From: an uncultured Gammaproteobacteria bacterium | GTDB lineage: Bacteria > Patescibacteriota > Microgenomatia > PFEM01 > DATLAM01 | Direction: 5' to 3' | Assembly: GCA_964566925.1 (NCBI GenBank) | Contig: CAZMIZ010000002.1 | Coordinates: forward strand, 8,647 to 72,646 | Length of the DNA: 64,000 nucleotides | Shown here: piece after piece, positions 9,201 to 16,430 of the stretch | Position numbering within the stretch: the first letter of the stretch is position 1 | Layout: every line of letters starts with the position of its first letter | Notes under the pieces: generated by a model | Database searches by the model: none | Told to the model about the DNA's origin: nothing | Seen by the model: only the letters and a program-made list of their open reading frames with translations | Made by a program: the position numbers and the translations under genes

Positions 9201-9731
9201 ATGGATGAGAAGAAAGGGCGATCAGAGGGACGGCCTCCAAAAGAAAAAGGACCTAAATCTTATGTGATGAAGGTGCCACCTTGGGCAGTTCTTTATGCAG
9301 ACCCTTTAATAGGAGTAACTTCTAAGGTGGGTTTAGTAAGAGATTTTTTTTCTTTGGAAGAGGTAGAGCCTCCAGAAGGAAAGGCCGAAAGACCAGTTGA
9401 AGAATTCGCCATGATCCGCTGTCTTCAGAGAGAAAGGCGGACCATCGGAGAAGAGAATGGAAGAAAGATTCGGTGGGATCGGGTCGAGTTCCAGGTGATG
9501 GAGAGAAACAACGGGGATGAGTTTCCAGTGACTAAATGGGGTTATTTTGCCACTCTAGAGCGGACAGAAGAAGAAAAGGAAGCCAGGGAGCCATTTCAAT
9601 ATTTAGGCGAAGATGGTTTTCGCAGCGGTCCGAGATTAAAAGAGAAACCTGCTCCGGGACTTCAACATCAATTTGTTATTTCTAAAAAACTAGCGCCCGT
9701 TGGCCAAAGAGGAAGGCCACTAAAAAGATAA
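9201..9731 (+). CDS. Hypothetical protein
   Basis: 176-aa ORF with GGAGG upstream, directly after the previous stop. Confidence 0.55.
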   Translation: MDEKKGRSEGRPPKEKGPKSYVMKVPPWAVLYADPLIGVTSKVGLVRDFFSLEEVEPPEGKAERPVEEFAMIRCLQRERRTIGEENGRKIRWDRVEFQVMERNNGDEFPVTKWGYFATLERTEEEKEAREPFQYLGEDGFRSGPRLKEKPAPGLQHQFVISKKLAPVGQRGRPLKR

Positions 9732-10224
9732 TAAAATTTCTTCAAAAATTTTGATAAAGGTCTTCACTAGGGGAGAGAGGGGATTCACCAAGGCCGGAAA
9801 AAGGGAAATATCCTATAATAATTATCATGTTTTCACGAAAACTGCCCGATAATTTTCACGAAACGGCAGAAAATTTGTTAGACTGCCAATCACCGGAAGT
9901 TAGGCATAACCACTCCTCTCGGATGTTGATCTTTGAGTGAGAGACTTAGGTCAATTACTCCCTCTTCAGCTCCTTCCCATTTTTTTCGTTATCTAGGCAC
10001 GAAAAAGGGTAAAAAGGGCGATAAATAGCCAAAATCTCTTGATATAGTTTGATATAGTTTCCAAAAGAGCATTGTGGATAAGTAGAGAGGTCCTTATTCA
10101 GTAATCGTTAATGGGGGTGATGAGGTGATGGTGGTCCCCAGACGATCTTTAAGAAGAGTTGGGGCTCTTGTTCCCCAGAGGAGGCCTATCTTATGGAAGA
10201 GGGTAAGAGAGTGGCGTCCTGACT

Positions 10225-10256
10225 TAATGTCGCACAATAATACTTTTGCGACATTA
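10225..10256. other. Putative dif-type recombination site
   Basis: TAATGTCGCACAA-TAATAC-TTTTGCGACATTA: inverted arms (12/13 match) with a 6-bp spacer, 550 bp from a Xer gene. Confidence 0.7.
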
Positions 10257-10766
10257 TGGAGAGGGCTTCTCTAGAGAAGAGGTTGGAATAAAAATCTTAA
10301 TGCCTTCTTATTAGGGCCTAATGATTAACTATCCTTTATTTTAGAATTTTTTATTTCTTATTTCTCTATTTTTGGCTGCTGACCAGTTTTTTTGTTTTTC
10401 AAATAAAACCCGAAAGAGCCCACTCCCCTACTATAGGATATATGTCTAAAAAACTGGAACAAAGTTTGCCAAAAAATAATAAAAAAATCAAAAAATAGCC
10501 AAAATTTTATTAAGCAAACGATTAGTTAGTCGCCCTGTTTTCAAATCAAGCCTTAGAAAGCATCTAAGAGGCTGGTCAGCTTCAAGAAGAATCGTTTTAA
10601 ACCTTAAAAAAGAGAGACTAAATGGAAATTTCAATCTTTTGGGAGAAATTTTTGGTCACCTCTGTTTATTTTTCTAAAAATTTTTGATTAGGCTGATTGC
10701 CGGATAATGATCGGCGAATAAACGTTAATAAAAAATTTACCGACATTATTTTTATGTCGCACAATA

Positions 10767-10795
10767 TTGACACTGAGCTGGTCGAAGTGTAAACT
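10767..10795 (+). promoter_or_regulatory. sigma70-type promoter of the xer gene
   Basis: TTGACA-17-TAAACT, ATG 8 nt downstream. Confidence 0.65.
10770..10790. repeat. Short imperfect palindromic element (CTGAGC..GTCGAAG core)
   Basis: ACACTGAGCTGGTCGAAGTGT; related copy at 11768-11786. Confidence 0.55.
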
Positions 10796-10803
10796 ATAGA
10801 TTA

Positions 10804-11763
10804 ATGGCTGCCCCAAAAGAAAAAAAATTACCGAGAAGCGAGTTAGATCAATTAATTGAAGAGTTTTTAGAGCATTTAGAAATTGAACGCCAGTGTTCCC
10901 CTCTTACTATCCGCAATTATCGTCATTATCTAGGCCGTTTTTCTGATTGGTTAAAGAAAAATAATCCCAAGGCTAAGGCGAGCTCAATAAATTTGGAAAT
11001 AATCAAAAAATATAGGGTATTTTTAGCCCGATTTATAGCCCCAAACGATGCCCCCCTTTCGCGTAGCACTCAAAGCTATCATGTGATAGCCTTGCGCGCT
11101 TTTTTGCGCTGGCTGGCCAAGCACGATTACCCCACCCTTTCACCTGAAAAGGTCGATCTTCCTAAAAGCGAATCACGTTCTTTAAAATTCCTTTCGGCCG
11201 ATCAAATGGAACATTTTTTAAACCAGCCGCGGATCTCAACTGACATCGGCTTGCGGGATAAGGCAATTTTAGAGGTTTTGTTTTCCACCGGCCTCCGAGT
11301 TAGCGAATTAGTTAAACTTAATCGTGATCAAATCGACTTAAAAAGACGAGAATTTGGCGTAGTGGGCAAAGGCGGCCGGGCTCGAGTTGTTTTTCTGTCG
11401 GAAAGAGCGGTTAAATGGTTGAAAAAATATCTTGACTCTCGTCAAGATTCTTGGAAGCCTTTATTTATTCATTATAAAGGCGGTAAAGACGAAGGCAAAG
11501 ATGGTGGGAGGATGAGATTAACCGCCCGTTCGGTTCAGCGAATCGTGGAAAAATATTCCCAAAAAGCCAAACTACCAGTTAAAGCTACTCCTCATGTCAT
11601 TCGTCATTCTTTTGCCACCGATCTTTTGGTGGCCGGCGCTGATCTAAGAGCGGTTCAAGAGATGTTGGGCCACAAAAACATTTCCACCACCCAGATTTAT
11701 ACTCACGTCACTAACCGCCAGCTCCGTTCAATCCATCAGGCGTTTCATGGCAAAGGGAGATAA
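10804..11763 (+). CDS. Xer-family tyrosine recombinase
   Basis: TGLRVSEL, GKG, TPHVIRHSFAT, LGHKNISTTQIYTHV; N-terminal SAM-like domain. Confidence 0.95.
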   Translation: MAAPKEKKLPRSELDQLIEEFLEHLEIERQCSPLTIRNYRHYLGRFSDWLKKNNPKAKASSINLEIIKKYRVFLARFIAPNDAPLSRSTQSYHVIALRAFLRWLAKHDYPTLSPEKVDLPKSESRSLKFLSADQMEHFLNQPRISTDIGLRDKAILEVLFSTGLRVSELVKLNRDQIDLKRREFGVVGKGGRARVVFLSERAVKWLKKYLDSRQDSWKPLFIHYKGGKDEGKDGGRMRLTARSVQRIVEKYSQKAKLPVKATPHVIRHSFATDLLVAGADLRAVQEMLGHKNISTTQIYTHVTNRQLRSIHQAFHGKGR

Positions 11764-11764
11764 T

Positions 11765-12460
11765 TTATCCTGAGCTTGTCGAAGGAGGGGAAGTAACTTG
11801 GTTTTCCTCATTCTCAAGTAGCCCTAATTCGCTGGCTTTTTTAATTGCATCCGGTATATTATCAACTCCCAGTTTGGCAAGGATCCCACCGGAGCCTGGC
11901 TTCTCTCTTCTTGGCGAATAAAGGCTGTTATGAACGCCTGAGTAAGTCATATCTAAACATTGGGCAGTTTTTCTAATCGATTTTCCTTCTGACATCGCTT
12001 TTAAAATTTCTAGCTGACTAGGAGCAAAAGGAAATGCAGCGGCCTTGGCTTCCCTAGCTCGAGCTCTTGATTCTAAGATTTTCTCTAAAAGCTCGTCTAG
12101 TCTTTTGCTGGGTCTTGAGTTTTCATAGACCTTGGATTGAACTGCTTCCAGGAATTTTTGGTGGACAGTTTCTAGGGAAAATTTTTCATCTTCGAGATAA
12201 GAAGAAATGAGGGCCCACCAAAAACAAATAGTGACCACTGCTCTTCCTATTCTTCCTGGGCATTCCAGCTTACTAAAAATCGAGCTTGTATGATTTTTAA
12301 CCGTGCCGTTTTTGATCCCAAGTGCTACCCCGATTTCCTCGTTAGAGAGGCCTTTGGCCATAAGCGCGCAGACACTGAATTCGGTCTCAGAAAATGGAGA
12401 GAATTTTTCTTTCTCAGGTTGATGATTAAAATTTTCTGGTACTTCTATTTCTGCTGACAT
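11765..12460 (-). CDS. Protein with two LuxR-type HTH domains
   Basis: GLSNEEIGVALGIKNGTVKNHTSSIFSKL and EILKAMSEGKSIRKTAQCL..ILAKLGV. Confidence 0.75.
   Translation of the reverse strand: MSAEIEVPENFNHQPEKEKFSPFSETEFSVCALMAKGLSNEEIGVALGIKNGTVKNHTSSIFSKLECPGRIGRAVVTICFWWALISSYLEDEKFSLETVHQKFLEAVQSKVYENSRPSKRLDELLEKILESRARAREAKAAAFPFAPSQLEILKAMSEGKSIRKTAQCLDMTYSGVHNSLYSPRREKPGSGGILAKLGVDNIPDAIKKASELGLLENEENQVTSPPSTSSG
11768..11786. repeat. Short imperfect palindromic element
   Basis: TCCTGAGCTTGTCGAAGGA; supplies the PSTSSG C-terminus of the convergent ORF. Confidence 0.55.
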
Positions 12461-12491
12461 TTTTTATCTTTCGAGGTCAGTATAAATTGCT

Positions 12492-14480
12492 TCAGATAAT
12501 AAAATCATAGGGATATCGACTGCTACCAGCGGCCAGGTAGAATTTCCTTTTCCATTTAGCGTCAAAATAAACTTCTCCCTGTGGCTTATCTTCTCTAGAA
12601 AGCCTTTTGGCTAGACGGAAATCGAATTTAGACCCTAATCCCCAAGTGGGCATCAGGAAAAAGAGAGTCGAAACCCGGCTTCTAATGATCAGGTTTCGGA
12701 TTTTTCTATTACCTACAGTCGTGGCGGTTAATTGATCCGGGATGGCGAGGTAATGTCCGATTTTCGGCCAGACTAACCAGCGCATGGCCGTAGACATGTC
12801 AACCTGGCTGACAAGTTCAATAAATTTGGTTGCTCCTAATCTCAAACCTACCGGGGCAATCCAGCCGCCGGTGAAACCAAGGGCAGCCCGTTGAAGGCGG
12901 GCTTCAGGCAAAGCCAGAGCACTCAGATAACTGCCGATCTCAAAAAAATCGGCCCCCCTGGCAATGACCTGGTAGGTTAGGAAAGTGGCAAGATAAACAC
13001 TCATTTCTTTCCGGCTAAGACTTTGTAGAGAAACTTGTTTTTTTAATTTTTCCAACTCTTCAATGGTGATTGCCCCATGTTTTTGGGTATTTTTGGCTCC
13101 GCCAAGGACAAAATAGCGAGTGATTTCTTCCAAATTTCGGAATTGGGGGTCGGTGGTTAGTCGTTGCATCCAGGCTGGCATGATCCTGCCACCGACAGTA
13201 TTAAGAATTAGGCTGGAGTTTGATTCTAACTGGTTGTTTATCCCGATTCTTTCTTTTTCTTGAAGAGTTTTGACCTGTCTTTTTCTGAACCTTTCCCAAG
13301 ACGCCTCTCTTCTGGCCGAAATAAACAAGCCATGACTTGCCCATAGACGGTATTGTGTATCGAGGAGGAACATCACCGGTCGGATGCCGAACAAGCGGGC
13401 CAGAAGAAGAAGCTTTTCTGACTCTTCTATTTTTTCAACTACTGATTCGGGAACATCGCCTGATTCCCTCCAGGCTTGGGCCCATTGATCTTTGACAGGG
13501 AGTTCGACAAGCCAGTCATGCTTCTCAAGAAGAGCATTATAAAGCGATAACCAACCTTGAAGTTCTTGATAGCCTTCTTCGCCCAGATTTTCAATCAGGC
13601 GAACCTGATTATTTTCTTCGGTAATCGCTTCTCGGCAGGCGGAGACATGAATTTTGTTAAAAGCTGGGGCGGGTTCACCATCTTTAGCTGTTTGTTGACA
13701 GATTTTTTTATGGAAAGGGAAATAAAAGGTAGGGACAACATAACCGCTAGGCCTCATTTTTATCCCCGGATGGACATCTAACCAGCAGACCCTTTTTTGA
13801 CCGTTGCCGCCGATGAGAACTAGATTTGATGGGGCCAAAGGGTTGTCTTGATGAATTTGAGCCGAAGGTTCGACTAAGCCAAACTGGCGACAAAATTCGG
13901 TCAAGTCGGCCTGGGCTTGGAAAATCTGGTTGATTTCCTCAAAAGTCTTAGGCGGTCTGAAACCATCAATTTTTTCGATTACTTGGCAATAGCCGGTTCC
14001 GGGAATGAAAGTGTAACCAACTGAATCAGGAAGATAATAGGTTTCTCCAAAATAACCATGGACCAATAATCTGAGGATTTTCTGACCAACATGTTCAAGC
14101 TGAGCTTCGGCTTCAAAGTGGCGCGGAAAAAAAGGATGAAGTCTTTCATGGGCCTTTCGCAAAAGCCTTAATGGTATCCCGTATCTTGATTTAGTTGGTA
14201 GAGCGGTTTTGATTACCCAAGGAAGCTCTGATAGCTTGATGACGTCTCCTCGGAATTGACCCTGGTCAACGCTTTCTATCTCACCGGCCATTGGTTGGTA
14301 TTGACAAGATCCCTCTGGAGACAGAGAATTTACCGTAAAAACAAGATTTTCTCCCTTATGGAGAGGGGCTTTTTCATAAATACCTCTTCCTGTTTCAATA
14401 TTGTTAATCATAGCAAATAAAAAACCCAAGCTTGGCTTGGGCATTGGGGCTATTTTAATATAGAAGGGGTTGATTTTCAA
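12492..14480 (-). CDS. Large hypothetical protein, possible kinase-like N-terminal domain and hydrophobic C-terminus (start uncertain)
   Basis: Long ORF; VIK, VIEKIDG, HQD..N, WLD motifs in kinase order. Confidence 0.6.
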   Translation of the reverse strand: MKINPFYIKIAPMPKPSLGFLFAMINNIETGRGIYEKAPLHKGENLVFTVNSLSPEGSCQYQPMAGEIESVDQGQFRGDVIKLSELPWVIKTALPTKSRYGIPLRLLRKAHERLHPFFPRHFEAEAQLEHVGQKILRLLVHGYFGETYYLPDSVGYTFIPGTGYCQVIEKIDGFRPPKTFEEINQIFQAQADLTEFCRQFGLVEPSAQIHQDNPLAPSNLVLIGGNGQKRVCWLDVHPGIKMRPSGYVVPTFYFPFHKKICQQTAKDGEPAPAFNKIHVSACREAITEENNQVRLIENLGEEGYQELQGWLSLYNALLEKHDWLVELPVKDQWAQAWRESGDVPESVVEKIEESEKLLLLARLFGIRPVMFLLDTQYRLWASHGLFISARREASWERFRKRQVKTLQEKERIGINNQLESNSSLILNTVGGRIMPAWMQRLTTDPQFRNLEEITRYFVLGGAKNTQKHGAITIEELEKLKKQVSLQSLSRKEMSVYLATFLTYQVIARGADFFEIGSYLSALALPEARLQRAALGFTGGWIAPVGLRLGATKFIELVSQVDMSTAMRWLVWPKIGHYLAIPDQLTATTVGNRKIRNLIIRSRVSTLFFLMPTWGLGSKFDFRLAKRLSREDKPQGEVYFDAKWKRKFYLAAGSSRYPYDFII
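14417..14441 (-). terminator. Intrinsic terminator after the 16S methyltransferase gene
   Basis: Minus strand CCCAAG-CCAAG-CTTGGG-TTTTTTATT. Confidence 0.55.
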
Positions 14481-14495
14481 GGAAAACTATGAAGA

Positions 14496-15290
14496 TCATG
14501 GTTTTTCCAAACAAAAAGCCATTTCCGTGGGGAGCTTGATTTCTTTGACCGGCCAGTCCCTATCCTTAAGGATGCGACTAATAAGTTTCCGGTTTTGCTC
14601 CACCAAGCTGACCTTAGTATGTAAGCTCTCCGTAGGCAAGGTAATAACAATCTGTTTAACTTGGAGGGCATCCAGTAAAGGAAGGGTAATCCCTTCTCGG
14701 CGTTTTTCAAAACGATGAACCTCTTTCATAATCAGGGCTAAATCTGCTTTTTGATCCGGATATCTCACCAAAATGTCTTGAGCCATGGCTAATGGTGGCA
14801 ATCCCTGAAGAACAAAATAGTGGTTTAGAAACTCGACTCGCTTTTCGTGAATGTCAAAAGCAAAATATTGGGTGGTTAACGGCAGTTTCATCCAAGGAAA
14901 AGACAAGGGATGAAGGCCGCAGGCCAGATCCAGGATGACTTGGGGTTGGCCAGTAGTTTTGAAGAGTTTTTGATAAAACTTGTCTAAAATTGGTAAACGT
15001 TCTTTAGCAGAAGCGTGAGCCGCCATAATTTGGGCACAAGCTTTTTTAATCTCTTCCCTGTCTTTGGCAGTAAAAGCTTGGTCAAGGTATTTCTTAGCTT
15101 TTTCGTAGTCAGGATCACCAAGATAAGAAGCGACGATATTGTGGAGTTTTCTTTTAGCCTCTTTAATCGCCTCTTTTTGTTTTTTGCCTTTTCCGATTTC
15201 TGTTTTAATTAAATCCCTAATTGTTTCTTCGGCCGTTGACTGGTATTTCTTGGATTTTTTGATTTTAGCAACCCAGCTATCGAGATTCAT
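14496..15290 (-). CDS. 16S rRNA (guanine(1405)-N7)-methyltransferase family (ArmA/Rmt/Sgm-like)
   Basis: KRKLH, HASAKERLP, ILDLACGLHPL family motifs. Confidence 0.8.
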   Translation of the reverse strand: MNLDSWVAKIKKSKKYQSTAEETIRDLIKTEIGKGKKQKEAIKEAKRKLHNIVASYLGDPDYEKAKKYLDQAFTAKDREEIKKACAQIMAAHASAKERLPILDKFYQKLFKTTGQPQVILDLACGLHPLSFPWMKLPLTTQYFAFDIHEKRVEFLNHYFVLQGLPPLAMAQDILVRYPDQKADLALIMKEVHRFEKRREGITLPLLDALQVKQIVITLPTESLHTKVSLVEQNRKLISRILKDRDWPVKEIKLPTEMAFCLEKP

Positions 15291-15319
15291 CAGAATATAT
15301 TATAATACGAATAAGTCTG

Positions 15320-16423
15320 ATGAGGAAGATAAACTATTTTAAAACCAAAAAAGGCAAAATTCCTTTGCCCACCTTTTTCCCGGATGCCACCCGGGCGGTG
15401 GTCAGAACCATTGACTCTGAAGATATTAAAAAGACCAAGACCCCAGGAATTTTGGTTAATACTTATCATCTTTATCGGGAATTAGGCGGAAAAGTCTTAG
15501 CCAAACACGGCGGTGTTCGCCAATTTATGGCCTGGGACGGCGCCGTTATTTCCGATTCCGGCGGCTTTCAGGTTTTGACTCTAGCTAAGGCCGCCACAAA
15601 AAAAGGTTCGGTGGTTGACGAGGGGGTTACTTTTCGGCCGGCCCGGGATAAGAAGATTCTTTTTACTCCCGAAAAATCAATTCGCTTTCAAATGGCTTTA
15701 AAAACGGACATGGTTATTGTTCTTGACGACTTTACTGAGCCTAAAGCAAATTATCAAAAAGCCAAAGAGACCGTTGATCGTTCTGTTCTTTGGGCGAGAC
15801 GCTCAAAAGAAGAATTTTTAAAATGCTGTGAGGAGGAGGGTTTGACCGAAAAAAATCGACCTTTTATCATGGCGGTGGTTCAGGGTGGTGATTACCTTGA
15901 TCTTAGGAAAGAATGCGCGGAGCGCTTGGCCGAAATTGGGTTTGATGCCTTTGGTTACGGCGGTTGGCCCCTCACCCCCGAGGGAAAGTTTGATTATCCA
16001 ACAGTTAAAGTAGTGGCTGATTCTGCTCCTGATGACTATTTTCTTTTTGGCTTGGGGGTGGGCAAACCCGAAGAGATTGTGGGTTGTATTGATTTGGGCT
16101 ATCATATGTTTGATTGTGTTTTGCCTACCCGAGATGCCCGCCACCGCCGGCTTTATGTTTACGAAGCAAATTCGCTTGACAAAATTAACATCCGTAAGCC
16201 CAAATTTTATTCCTTCTTTACACCGGACAAGGAAAAGTATTATCAAGATGATCAGCCGGTGAGTCAAGCCTGTGATTGTTTACTTTGCACCAAATATACC
16301 CGGGCCTATCTCGCCCATCTTTTCCGGATTGAAGAATCAACTGCTTTGCGCCTTTCAACCATCCATAATCTTCGTTTCTATTCTCTGTTGATGGAAAAAC
16401 TAAGGGAAGAAGTTAAGAAATAA
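15320..16423 (+). CDS. tgt: tRNA-guanine transglycosylase
   Basis: NTYHL, DSGGFQ, VQGG, FDCVLPTR, CDCLLC..H zinc site. Confidence 0.9.
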   Translation: MRKINYFKTKKGKIPLPTFFPDATRAVVRTIDSEDIKKTKTPGILVNTYHLYRELGGKVLAKHGGVRQFMAWDGAVISDSGGFQVLTLAKAATKKGSVVDEGVTFRPARDKKILFTPEKSIRFQMALKTDMVIVLDDFTEPKANYQKAKETVDRSVLWARRSKEEFLKCCEEEGLTEKNRPFIMAVVQGGDYLDLRKECAERLAEIGFDAFGYGGWPLTPEGKFDYPTVKVVADSAPDDYFLFGLGVGKPEEIVGCIDLGYHMFDCVLPTRDARHRRLYVYEANSLDKINIRKPKFYSFFTPDKEKYYQDDQPVSQACDCLLCTKYTRAYLAHLFRIEESTALRLSTIHNLRFYSLLMEKLREEVKK

Positions 16424-16430
16424 GGTTGAA

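Noticed and set aside
10039-10060. TTGATATAGT tandem duplication
   Set aside because: Two copies only, with no supporting context.
9732-10803. Replication origin in the 1-kb gap (perfect DnaA box TGTGGATAA at 10073-10081, AT-rich tracts)
   Set aside because: Only one clear box, no dnaA/dnaN nearby, genes converge rather than diverge, and a dif-like site is present.
10804-15290. Integron or prophage
   Set aside because: The recombinase looks Xer-like without a recognisable IntI insertion; no attC arrays or phage genes seen.
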